DNA of 64,000 bases. Source: a virus. Its lineage: Duplodnaviria > Heunggongvirae > Uroviricota > Caudoviricetes. Of this stretch, positions 19,338 to 27,821 are shown one piece after another. Location of the stretch: IMG/VR virus record IMGVR_UViG_3300010369_000001. One strand, written 5' to 3'. The stretch's first letter is position 1; the number at the start of each line of letters is the position of its first letter. The position numbers and the translations under genes are program-made. The notes under the pieces were generated by a model. That model worked only from the letters and a program-made list of their open reading frames with translations, was not told where the DNA came from and did not search any database.

Positions 19338-19466
19338 CCAGTACGCAGCTACCGCAAAATAGTAAAGCTCCGCGCCTGGTTCCGTGCATACCAGAATACA
19401 CACGATTGAAACTATTACGAAAAGTAACAGCCAAATCAAACATTTTGTAAACTTGGAGAACTTCAT
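19320..19466 (-). CDS. 48-aa single-pass membrane protein (inserted cassette)
   Basis: Not in ORF track; SD GGAGGT 5 nt upstream; MKFSKFTKCLIWLLLFVIVSIVCILVCTEPGAELYYFAVAAYWKRKPV. Confidence 0.7.
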   Translation of the reverse strand: MKFSKFTKCLIWLLLFVIVSIVCILVCTEPGAELYYFAVAAYWKRKPV

Positions 19467-19535
19467 TTGACACCTCCATCAATAAAGGGTTTTCCTTCAA
19501 CTTTTTATACCCCAAAACATAACATGTTTTTACGT

Positions 19536-19560
19536 AAAAAAAAGAGGAGCCGAAGCTCCT
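19536..19560 (-). terminator. Intrinsic terminator with UUCG tetraloop
   Basis: AGGAGC-TTCG-GCTCCT-C-T8 on the minus strand. Confidence 0.85.
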
Positions 19561-19566
19561 TGATGA

Positions 19567-19767
19567 CTAAAATGTTAGTGGTGTTAGTAGTTTTACTACT
19601 TCAGACATTCTAATCGCTTTGCCGTCAAAAACTTTGCGACCGTCTTCCGTGAGCCTCTCAGCCTCCTGACGAAGTTCCCTCTCTGCGGCAGCCTCACTAT
19701 CAAAAGCTGCCAAGTACCAACTGACGCCATGACCGTCATCCAATTTGTGCATCATTAAGTAATCCAT
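19567..19767 (-). CDS. Small hypothetical protein (inserted cassette)
   Basis: Start moved to MDYLMM, which has SD GGAAAGGAA; own promoter and terminator. Confidence 0.7.
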   Translation of the reverse strand: MDYLMMHKLDDGHGVSWYLAAFDSEAAAERELRQEAERLTEDGRKVFDGKAIRMSEVVKLLTPLTF

Positions 19768-19822
19768 GGTAATGTTCCTTTCCATTGTTAGAGCTAATGA
19801 TTACCACTTTTTAATACCAGCT
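19768..19822 (-). promoter_or_regulatory. Conserved promoter/leader, copy 2
   Basis: AGCTGGTATTAAAAAGTGGTAATCATTAGCTCTAACAATGGAAAGGAAC. Confidence 0.75.
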
Positions 19823-19835
19823 AAACTGCTGCTTT

Positions 19836-20639
19836 TTAACACCGACATATTTCCCTATCAATCCAAGCATCCCATTTCTCTTGATTTTGGGAATGAGTAT
19901 GAGAGTGCAAAATCCCAGCCGTACCTATAGCACTCTCACTGTTGGTTCTCACATTAGAAATCCGCCTGGGATTTAACGCGGGAAAATTATGATTCCCAAA
20001 AAAAGAAAATAACCTACGAGCATAATCAATCCTTATATTTGAGCTAGCGTCTAGCTGAAGTGCCTGTATCAAGAATTGATCATCCACAATATACTGTTGC
20101 ATATTCTCCCTAAATTGCGGTCTTTTATTAAAGAACCTTACTATCGGATGATCGGCATTATTTCTGAACGCCTCATTTAATTTGAAGGTCTCTTGCAGAA
20201 GATGAATTACTTCGTTTATCTCTCCGGCATACGTCCCAGTATTTGCATAGCCCTCGGAACCGTAGCCAGCCTCAATAAGATACGCAAACTCTGGGTCGCT
20301 ATATGGATGCAAATTAGCCGCAACCGCTGGTGCAAAGATTACACCGCCCTGATACGCAAGATTGAAGTCGTCTAGGATGTCTTGATGATTTTTGACAAAG
20401 ACAACATCGCGGACATCGACAAAAAAAGCATATTTGAAGGTCGTGAGATTAGCTACAAGGTAATTATGTAGCTTGATGTATTTCTGTAAGAAATTAATCC
20501 AAGGTTCTCCGTAAGAGATATATGTGAGCGGGATTTGAAAGTAGTCAGCTGTTCGTTGAATAGAGGCTGACATTTCTTGGGGATTGGGGTAATCACAGAC
20601 AGTAGCAAATACTGTATTGTCCTTTGTTGCATAATGCAT
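19836..20639 (-). CDS. Glycosyltransferase, PLOD/LH3-type GT-A domain
   Basis: FVDVRDVVF, ANTGTYAG, DDQF, ILHS; start at MHYATK supported by TATAAT-N6-ATG. Confidence 0.75.
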   Translation of the reverse strand: MHYATKDNTVFATVCDYPNPQEMSASIQRTADYFQIPLTYISYGEPWINFLQKYIKLHNYLVANLTTFKYAFFVDVRDVVFVKNHQDILDDFNLAYQGGVIFAPAVAANLHPYSDPEFAYLIEAGYGSEGYANTGTYAGEINEVIHLLQETFKLNEAFRNNADHPIVRFFNKRPQFRENMQQYIVDDQFLIQALQLDASSNIRIDYARRLFSFFGNHNFPALNPRRISNVRTNSESAIGTAGILHSHTHSQNQEKWDAWIDREICRC

Positions 20640-20652
20640 CCAAGTATTATAG

Positions 20653-21285
20653 CTAACTTCTCGCCCACGAGCCAGCGAAGTGATGGATCGCGTAAGTATT
20701 GTCAGTAAAAGCCGCCATTTTATGTGTTCCCCAATCCATCGGACAAAAATACTCGCGAGGGAAGAGCGTAAAACCACAAATAGTTTGCTTTTGACCGTTC
20801 AAAACAAGTCCGTGAGAAAGGCAAGCGGCGGTTATATCGGTAACATTTGTAGTTAAATCTAATGACCCATCTTCATTAACAAACCGACGACTGGCATATC
20901 TTTCAAGTAGTTCTACAAAAAGAGGATGCCCTTTTTGACAACCCATAATTGCCGTAGGTATCTGCTTGTCGGACTCGAAACCAGACACTGCTTCAAGATC
21001 CAAAAATACATCAATCGGTTTTATAAGTTCACAATCTGCATCCAGATAAATACCGCCATAATTGACAAGCGCCCAAAGGCGAACATAATCCGACACAAAA
21101 GCCCACATTTTTGACTCGTAGGCTTCTTTCGTGTACGCACTCAGATTTATATCAAAATTACTTTCATTCCACTCCTTGATTTCGTAATCAGGACAAAACC
21201 TTTGCCAACTCTCAATACATCTCAGAGCCAAAGGAGGTAACGGGTTGCCGCCGAACCAACAATAATGGATTAATTTCGGGATCAT
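20653..21285 (-). CDS. Glycosyltransferase family 32 (capsular polysaccharide synthesis type)
   Basis: MIPKLIHYCWFGG, WAFVSDYVRL, GGIYLDAD, YAIHHFAGSW. Confidence 0.92.
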   Translation of the reverse strand: MIPKLIHYCWFGGNPLPPLALRCIESWQRFCPDYEIKEWNESNFDINLSAYTKEAYESKMWAFVSDYVRLWALVNYGGIYLDADCELIKPIDVFLDLEAVSGFESDKQIPTAIMGCQKGHPLFVELLERYASRRFVNEDGSLDLTTNVTDITAACLSHGLVLNGQKQTICGFTLFPREYFCPMDWGTHKMAAFTDNTYAIHHFAGSWARS

Positions 21286-21299
21286 ACTGTATCGACATT

Positions 21300-21437
21300 T
21301 TAACAAAAAGGAGGCGGTAACTGTACAACCCGACCTTCCGTCTGCTCTACATAAGCTGTGGATGCCGCATTAGACGTTGCTGTCGTTTCCGTAGCTAACT
21401 TCAAAATACCAGCTGGTACTTTACTTATTATTTTCAT
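21300..21437 (-). CDS. 45-aa hypothetical protein with MKII...LKLA leader
   Basis: MKIISKVPAGILKLATETT..., preceded by GGAG. Confidence 0.4.
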   Translation of the reverse strand: MKIISKVPAGILKLATETTATSNAASTAYVEQTEGRVVQLPPPFC

Positions 21438-21786
21438 AGCTCTCCGCCTCCGACTGATAACTACCTGCTTCACCGCCCGACGAATTTCGACGACGATGGT
21501 GCTTCTCTGCGAGTGCGAGTAAAGACACCGCACCTCCTAATAATGCTGCGGATCGGAAGTTAGCTCCCTGATCCTGATTTGGCGGCGCATTAGACATAAA
21601 CCCTAACCCAGCGCCTGCGCCGCCTCCAAGTAACCCGCCAAGAAGAATATTCCTACGTTTGTCGGTAAAAGAACCAGCAACACCCCCGATTAACGCGCCA
21701 ACACCACCACCAATAAGAGGACTCTGTAAATATAAATTTCGATCAAATGCTACCTTCTCTAAATACGCTTCACCGATTATTTTCAT
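21421..21786 (-). CDS. Small glycine-zipper cargo protein with leader MKIIGEAYLEKVA
   Basis: IGGGVGALIGGVAG-SFTDKRRN-ILLGGLLGGGAGAGLG; leaderless promoter. Confidence 0.65.
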   Translation of the reverse strand: MKIIGEAYLEKVAFDRNLYLQSPLIGGGVGALIGGVAGSFTDKRRNILLGGLLGGGAGAGLGFMSNAPPNQDQGANFRSAALLGGAVSLLALAEKHHRRRNSSGGEAGSYQSEAESYENNK

Positions 21787-21814
21787 ACCGTAATTTTACT
21801 TCACCACTTTGACC

Positions 21815-21838
21815 AAAAAAAGGAGCCGTAAGGCTCCC
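21815..21838 (-). terminator. Intrinsic terminator
   Basis: GGAGCC-ttac-GGCTCC plus T7 on the minus strand. Confidence 0.8.
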
Positions 21839-21879
21839 TATGTTTCTTGTGCTACCTAACTGGCAAAGATCAATTAGTT

Positions 21880-22338
21880 TTAGTTTGCAAAGTTGCGCAT
21901 GACATTTGCGGCTTCGGTGTCTCGCTTCAAGAGTGCCTGAATATACGCATCCCTCAATACGGAATTGTTGTTAGTTTTACGTGCGTTACGTAAAATATCT
22001 GGTTCGATACTGCCAAAAGCATCTCGTAATTCCATATCGCCTAAATGATGTTGAAATTGTGGCCCATTTAATAAACCGTGTTCACTGGATGCCCAGCCTA
22101 TACCGCCGCCCGCTAAACCGCCCAAGCCAGCACCTATTAATGCATTACGTCTTTTCTTTTTAGGATCTTCGGTCAAAAAATATCCGCCTAACCCTGAACC
22201 TAATGCGCCGATTCCAGCACCTAAGCCAGCAGCTATTTCAGGCCGCTCTGTCCTAAAAATATCTCGCAAGCCAGCTGACGGTTTACTATTATTCAGCTGA
22301 AAAGTTAATCGTGTAGTTCTATCGGGAATATTTGACAT
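21880..22338 (-). CDS. Glycine-zipper cargo protein
   Basis: AAGLGAGIGALGSGLGGYF-LTEDPKKKRRN-ALIGAGLGGLAGGGIG. Confidence 0.6.
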   Translation of the reverse strand: MSNIPDRTTRLTFQLNNSKPSAGLRDIFRTERPEIAAGLGAGIGALGSGLGGYFLTEDPKKKRRNALIGAGLGGLAGGGIGWASSEHGLLNGPQFQHHLGDMELRDAFGSIEPDILRNARKTNNNSVLRDAYIQALLKRDTEAANVMRNFAN

Positions 22339-22340
22339 CT

Positions 22341-23075
22341 CTATTTCATATTCCGTAGGATTGCTGCTAATTTTAGCTGGGCATCTTTAGTCTCTTCGTC
22401 AAATTGCCCTATTTTCATGTCCATTGGCGGAATAGGCATAACATTAGTTCCTGGAATACCAACTTCTTCTTCAAGTTGCTGCTTTTCAGAATCTCGCTTC
22501 TGCTGCTCAACAATCGCTCGGCTCATTTCAGCAGCATCTACAACACTTGGAGGAATTGGTATGTCGAGATGATTAAATAACGCATTCAGCATTTCTTTAA
22601 TCCGTCCCGTTTCTCGCATGACGATTACATCTATTTTTTCCTTTTGGGGTTTGCCTTCAGCTGCGGCTGGGTCAACCGGCATTGGCGGAGGCATTGGCGG
22701 CATTCCGCCCATAGCTGGATCCATTGGCATGCCCGGAGGCGCACCACCCATCATTGCCGGATCCATCATCATTGGATCCGGCGGCATTCCACCCATAGCT
22801 GGATCCATTGGCATTCCGCCAGGAGGAGGAGGCATTCCTCCGCCACCCATTTGAGAAGCGTCAATTAAAGCTTGCTTATGGAACCATTCGTCCGCAGCTT
22901 TTTCTTCCGCAATTTTAGACATTGCAGTAAGCAACCTATCTGTTTCTCGACTAACCTCACCAAACAAACCATAGGTATTGTCAGGTTTAAGCTTCACAGC
23001 TGCTTCCTTTGACTCAAACTCAACATCAGGTAATTTGCCTTGTTTCGCAGCAGAAATTAAATCGTTCCAGCTCAT
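22341..23075 (-). CDS. Met/Pro/Gly-rich low-complexity head protein
   Basis: GMPMDPAMGGMPP repeats; KEA, KIA, KAA, KQA, KLA. Confidence 0.6.
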   Translation of the reverse strand: MSWNDLISAAKQGKLPDVEFESKEAAVKLKPDNTYGLFGEVSRETDRLLTAMSKIAEEKAADEWFHKQALIDASQMGGGGMPPPPGGMPMDPAMGGMPPDPMMMDPAMMGGAPPGMPMDPAMGGMPPMPPPMPVDPAAAEGKPQKEKIDVIVMRETGRIKEMLNALFNHLDIPIPPSVVDAAEMSRAIVEQQKRDSEKQQLEEEVGIPGTNVMPIPPMDMKIGQFDEETKDAQLKLAAILRNMK

Positions 23076-23098
23076 ATTTACACGTATTTGATTATTCT

Positions 23099-23434
23099 TT
23101 AATTATAACTTCTGAATAGTGGGTCTAATACTTTTCGCTTAAAATCCTTCTCAGCAAATTCATCCAAACGTCTGCCAATAGGTCGAGCGCCAAGCCCCGC
23201 GCCAGCACCAACTAACCCGCCACCCAACATCGCCCAAGGTAGCTCCCGTCTTCGACGCCGATTAAACGCCTCAATTGATTCTCTATCCTGTCTTTGTGCT
23301 GCAAAAAAGTTAGCTAACCCGCCGATACCGGCGCCAAGTATTCCACCGCCTCCAGCAAGTACTGCTGTACTAGGCAATGCTGCGCCTGAATCTACTAATT
23401 TAGCTGACGAAGCTAATTTAAATATACCTTGCAT
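23099..23434 (-). CDS. Glycine-zipper cargo protein
   Basis: MQGIFKLA leader; GGGGILGAGIGG...AFNRRRRRE...GGGLVGAGAGLG. Confidence 0.6.
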   Translation of the reverse strand: MQGIFKLASSAKLVDSGAALPSTAVLAGGGGILGAGIGGLANFFAAQRQDRESIEAFNRRRRRELPWAMLGGGLVGAGAGLGARPIGRRLDEFAEKDFKRKVLDPLFRSYN

Positions 23435-23439
23435 AATAA

Positions 23440-24177
23440 TTACCTCAAAAGACCGACAGACTTATCCATTTGCTGCTGAATATGTTTTTTTCTTAAGCTA
23501 ATTGTCGCCTGCGATACTCCTAATTTTTTAGCTAACTCAGCTGGCGTTAATTTACGCTTACCATACAGCCCAAACGTATGCTCCATAACTAACTTATCCT
23601 TGCTATTTAAATCAGGGTACACTAAATTTACTACAGTATTAAATTTTACTGGGCTGACCACTGCTGGCAATAAATGCCCGCCTTCTTCACTATTAGTTTC
23701 AAATGCCCCGTAAGTAATCGCATTGCCAAGATTCATAATTTTCTCAATCTTAGCTGGGTTCATGTGTATATGATCAGAAAGCTCATACGTTGTTGGCGCA
23801 CGACCTAATTCGGTCTCCAATTCCTTAGCTTTAGTAATAATCCTTTGTCGTTCATAATTCTTATTTTCTGGAATGTGAATTATTTGCTGACGAGAATTAT
23901 ATTCACGATTTAGCTTCTGTAGCTGCTGGTTAAAAAATGTATTGAGGTTAGCCCGTGTGGGGTCATAGCGATTCATTGATTGCAAAGCTAACACTTTGGC
24001 CTTTGGTCTAAGCGCTAAACGATCTTGCTCTTCAAAACGGAGCAAGTGTTTATTTATCATTGGGTTTATCGCATTTACAAACGCAGCGTTATCAGCTGGC
24101 TCGCGTTTTGAGGCGTGCCAGGCCTGATACGGCTCATGAAATTCAGGCTCAAGTAGCCAGCCTTTAGTGTCCTGCAT
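23440..24177 (-). CDS. RNA polymerase sigma-70 family factor (regions 2, 3, 4)
   Basis: RYDPTRANLNTF (region 2), ELGRAPTTYELSD (region 3), LTPAELAKKLGVSQATIS HTH (region 4). Confidence 0.88.
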   Translation of the reverse strand: MQDTKGWLLEPEFHEPYQAWHASKREPADNAAFVNAINPMINKHLLRFEEQDRLALRPKAKVLALQSMNRYDPTRANLNTFFNQQLQKLNREYNSRQQIIHIPENKNYERQRIITKAKELETELGRAPTTYELSDHIHMNPAKIEKIMNLGNAITYGAFETNSEEGGHLLPAVVSPVKFNTVVNLVYPDLNSKDKLVMEHTFGLYGKRKLTPAELAKKLGVSQATISLRKKHIQQQMDKSVGLLR

Positions 24178-25189
24178 TTGCTAAACGTTCTTTAATGTTT
24201 GTAACCTTAACTGTGGCCGCCTTACTAAGCGAAGTAAGGCCTCCGCCGCTAGGCCTATCTAAACCACGAACTAATTCGGTGCCGACAGTCGGAGCTGGAA
24301 ATTTGCTAACTCGCGGTATTGCGCCTTCAATATGCCTAGCACTTATATCACGATAAAGGTCTTCAAATGATTGATCAACGCCCAGCATTCTTTCTTTTTC
24401 ATTTTGCTCAACTTTACGCCTAGCATTTTCAAAGGCCCGCATAAAATTATGATATGCAATTAACGAAGCCCCAACAGTTGTAGCGCCAATAAGTGGGCCA
24501 ACTATATTTGCATTGCCACTAGCTTTCTTTTGTAAAGTCTTTTCAACCAACTCAACTCGATCAAAAGCTGAATAAATGTTGTCTAAGGCTTTTTCTAAGG
24601 CGGTGCCTTCCGAAGCTCGTTTATTTCTCCTAGCAGCTGCGTCCTGCTCATAAATAAGTGCAGCCTCAAACTCTCTTCTAGCATTGTCTCGTTTGCGCCT
24701 TACATTGTCACCAGCAATACGCTTAATTCGCTTATCAGTTAAATTACGTCCAGACGCAAGCCCGGCTAGAGAAGCTACAGATGCGCCTCCCCAAAATGCC
24801 GGAGATCGAAAAACACTTTCATTTCCGGTCGGATTAGAACTGCCGGTTAATGCAAACGTCAAAGGATTCTTTAAAGCCTCAAAATTAGCGTTAAGATCCT
24901 CCCAAAAGTCAGCTTGCTTCAAGCTAGCGGATAAAAGATCATCTACTTCAATTCGTTTACCTGGTCTTTGTTTTCTAGGCAAGTTAATATTGCGATTAAC
25001 GCTTGATAAATAATCATCGTTATTCACAATACGCTGCAACCCTAAATTAGTATCACCAAAAGCTAGCGAATTATCCCGTTTAGCCGTTGCAGCTCTGGCT
25101 AAAGAGCCGAGACCAAAACTGCCCGCACCTATAGCGGAAATAGCTAAAGCTGCCCTTAATGCTTGTGGAGTTAATAATGCGTTTGACAT
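24164..25189 (-). CDS. Putative virion cargo protein with hydrophobic segments
   Basis: KQA, KRA, KKA sites, two of them followed by Gly/Ala-rich hydrophobic helices. Confidence 0.5.
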   Translation of the reverse strand: MSNALLTPQALRAALAISAIGAGSFGLGSLARAATAKRDNSLAFGDTNLGLQRIVNNDDYLSSVNRNINLPRKQRPGKRIEVDDLLSASLKQADFWEDLNANFEALKNPLTFALTGSSNPTGNESVFRSPAFWGGASVASLAGLASGRNLTDKRIKRIAGDNVRRKRDNARREFEAALIYEQDAAARRNKRASEGTALEKALDNIYSAFDRVELVEKTLQKKASGNANIVGPLIGATTVGASLIAYHNFMRAFENARRKVEQNEKERMLGVDQSFEDLYRDISARHIEGAIPRVSKFPAPTVGTELVRGLDRPSGGGLTSLSKAATVKVTNIKERLANAGH

Positions 25190-25197
25190 AGTGTTTA

Positions 25198-25716
25198 TTA
25201 AAACATTGACCTAACTGATCGTGCTCCTGAACGTTCTTTATGTTCTTGATCTCTAGCAGCAACTCGTTCCAGAATGCCGGCCGTCTCAGCTTTCAAATTA
25301 AGAATCTCATCAATTTTCTGGTAATCCTGCACAGCTAATTCATTCCTCGGGGCAGCTAAATTACCAATCTGCGAACCTATAATATTTGACCCTATTGCGG
25401 CAGCGCCTAACGGAGCACCTATCATTCCAGCCGGAACCCACCAGGGGATTTTGCTAACCATATTCGCCCCAAAACCTAAACCTGCCATAGTTTTACCTAC
25501 CCCGGTATTTATCGCCGATCCTGTGCCACGAATAAGGTTTAGCACCGGATTAGCTACCTTCTCGAAAGTGCCATCCCAAACTACCAACTTATCGCACATG
25601 GCGTTAAGTGCTTCAGCGTGCTTATTGATAATCTCAGCTGTCTCGTCAGGCGTAAAACCATCTTCGATACACTGAAGAATAATAGCTTTTTTATAGATGC
25701 TTGCAGCTTTTTCCAT
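25198..25716 (-). CDS. Putative virion cargo protein
   Basis: MEKAA, FEKVANP, hydrophobic Gly-rich segment; leaderless promoter. Confidence 0.5.
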   Translation of the reverse strand: MEKAASIYKKAIILQCIEDGFTPDETAEIINKHAEALNAMCDKLVVWDGTFEKVANPVLNLIRGTGSAINTGVGKTMAGLGFGANMVSKIPWWVPAGMIGAPLGAAAIGSNIIGSQIGNLAAPRNELAVQDYQKIDEILNLKAETAGILERVAARDQEHKERSGARSVRSMF

Positions 25717-25730
25717 AGTTAAATTATAAG

Positions 25731-27719
25731 TTACATCATCGGAGGCTGTCCGCCGCCGGCCATTTGCTCTTTAGCCATTTGCTCACCTTCTTGCTTAGCC
25801 TGATAATCCATTTGACGAAGCTCTTCTAGTACCTGAGAATAAATCGTTTCAGGAAGCTCCTTACGCAATTGATTTAGCTTCTGCCGCCGCTGCCCGTGCT
25901 GCTCAGCCATTAAAACTTCTTGAGCTAGTTGATGAGCAATGCCGACTACATCATTCGGTGACATTTTTTCTTCATCACCTGGCATAATCCCCTGAGAAAT
26001 ACTTCCCATCATTCCCATTCCATGAGGACTTAAACCGCCTTCTGGTGGCGGCGCGCCCATACCAGCGCCACCTGGAGGCCCCATTCCCATTGCCGCTTCT
26101 GGCGGCGGAGGCGGCTGCCCTGTAGACTCTGGGTTCGGAGACATCATAATATTCTGCATCATACCCTTCAGCATCCCCTGCTGTTCCAGTTCGCCTTGCA
26201 TTTCCATCAAAGCTTTTTGCTCATCAATAATTCGACCTTGCTCTTCTAACCAATTACGCCCCATACTTTCAAAAGCTGATGACCAGCTCATAGACATTTG
26301 TGCCGCCAACTGAATGTCCATAGTCTGCCTATCGACATCTGCATCTAATTTAAGCGGTAAAAGCCCAAGTTTCACTGGCGACCAACCTAGACGCGGTTGT
26401 AACTTATTTCCTAACCAGAATAAGAAAGTCTCTAGCTCGTTTCTAAACCACTGCCATTTATTTGCAAAAATAGTTAAAGCAAGAGGGGCGCCATCAACAG
26501 CTAACGTGTTGCGATAAAGCTCAGCTGGTACGTCTATTACTGAAAGCAATGTATCTTCAGCTTGCATAATTAGCTCAGTAGGTACCAAATTTTTAGCTTC
26601 ACCGCCGAGTAACTGATACTGCGCAGGGAACGGCAAGAAGGTAATTTGCCCGTGATCTTGCGTCTCCCACATCTGTTTTACTTGATGTAAGTACGGAAGT
26701 AAATCTACTGTCCCTGCCGGGTCAGCAGTAACGCCGTCCGACGCACCAGCTCTAGGAGCTGGAGTAATTAAACGCTTAGGAACTGAATAATCTACGGCAA
26801 TAGCTTCATTTATTTTATAGAGACAAGCTAACTGCCAGATAAGCTGGAAATGCGACAACATTCGCGGAATTCCCCAGCCATAACACAGCACGCCAGAAAG
26901 CGTAGAATCGCGTAAATGAAATAACTCCCCATCATTAAATCGGAAAGTACCCTGCTGACTTATCGCATAAATAAGCTCCATAGGATACGTGAGTAGCGTA
27001 AGCGTTCGTCCTTCTTCTACATTCTTTTTCATCTCCGCATTTGGCCTAAGATGATAAATGCATTTCTTTTTATCAAACGAACCAGCTTCAATGTAGATGT
27101 CTTGTGGGCGCCACGACACTAGCGTAATATCCTGCTTATTCTCAGATGGAATATCCTTTACATAAAAAGCTCCATTATTGTTGCATTTGTTGCACGTTAA
27201 GTCTCCCAGCATTGGAAGAGCGCCATCTCTTCCCTGTTTAAGAGATTTAATCGCATACTTAAACTGAAACTTTTTCTGATTATCTAAAACATATTTAAAA
27301 CTGTAATGTTCTTTACAGCGCGGACAAATAACAGTTCGTGTGAACGGAAAATATAGCGATCTAAAAGCGTTGCCATAACAAAGCAAATCACAACCTAATG
27401 TAAATAGCTCTTTATTGCCCCCCAAAATAGGAAGAAGGTCTCGTTCGATTGCGTTCTTTGACGTTAAGTCTAAGCGTCCCTTTTTTTCAACATCGGCATA
27501 AGTTAGCTGCGTAAGGTTTAATGCAATAGCTGATTTAATCGCACTGGAATATGCCGGGGCTGAGCAAGTCCAAAGAAATTCAATATAAGCAAGACAAGTA
27601 CGCCAAAAGTCCGGCGTGGCAGCTGTACCCATTGTAGAGAATGGATACATCAGCATTTTCTTGCTGTGATTTACTTGCTTAAACGAAGATAAGGCGTCAT
27701 TTATCCCAAAATAACTCAT
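25731..27719 (-). CDS. Portal protein (putative) with Zn-finger insertion and Met/Pro/Gln-rich tail
   Basis: DLLCYGNAFRS, LFHLRDSTLSG..GWGIPR (portal-like GxP motif), CPRC/CNKC; size and location fit. Confidence 0.7.
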   Translation of the reverse strand: MSYFGINDALSSFKQVNHSKKMLMYPFSTMGTAATPDFWRTCLAYIEFLWTCSAPAYSSAIKSAIALNLTQLTYADVEKKGRLDLTSKNAIERDLLPILGGNKELFTLGCDLLCYGNAFRSLYFPFTRTVICPRCKEHYSFKYVLDNQKKFQFKYAIKSLKQGRDGALPMLGDLTCNKCNNNGAFYVKDIPSENKQDITLVSWRPQDIYIEAGSFDKKKCIYHLRPNAEMKKNVEEGRTLTLLTYPMELIYAISQQGTFRFNDGELFHLRDSTLSGVLCYGWGIPRMLSHFQLIWQLACLYKINEAIAVDYSVPKRLITPAPRAGASDGVTADPAGTVDLLPYLHQVKQMWETQDHGQITFLPFPAQYQLLGGEAKNLVPTELIMQAEDTLLSVIDVPAELYRNTLAVDGAPLALTIFANKWQWFRNELETFLFWLGNKLQPRLGWSPVKLGLLPLKLDADVDRQTMDIQLAAQMSMSWSSAFESMGRNWLEEQGRIIDEQKALMEMQGELEQQGMLKGMMQNIMMSPNPESTGQPPPPPEAAMGMGPPGGAGMGAPPPEGGLSPHGMGMMGSISQGIMPGDEEKMSPNDVVGIAHQLAQEVLMAEQHGQRRQKLNQLRKELPETIYSQVLEELRQMDYQAKQEGEQMAKEQMAGGGQPPMM

Positions 27720-27740
27720 ACTTTTGATTATACGTATTAA

Positions 27741-27800
27741 TAAAAACGCCGGTGCGGTTTAGCCCAAAAGAACGTAAAAAGCATAAACACAGCCACCGGC
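27741..27800 (-). terminator. Long stem-loop/terminator upstream of the portal promoter
   Basis: GCCGGTG...CACCGGC 7-bp stem with inner GTTTA/TAAAC pairing, followed by T5 on the minus strand. Confidence 0.5.
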
Positions 27801-27821
27801 TAAAAACAAAAACTATTTTAA

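Noticed and set aside
19279-19515. 78-aa ORF from the track
   Set aside because: TTG start without SD and it runs through a terminator; the overlapping frame 19320..19466 has a perfect SD and a coherent TM protein
20640-20777. N-terminal extension of the 313-aa GT ORF
   Set aside because: Overlaps the GT32 gene; TATAAT-N6-ATG supports the start at 20639
22680-22850. Tandem DNA repeats (ccatagctggatccattggcat) as a possible CRISPR or non-coding array
   Set aside because: Few copies, in-frame coding repeats of GMPMDPAMGG, no repeat-spacer periodicity
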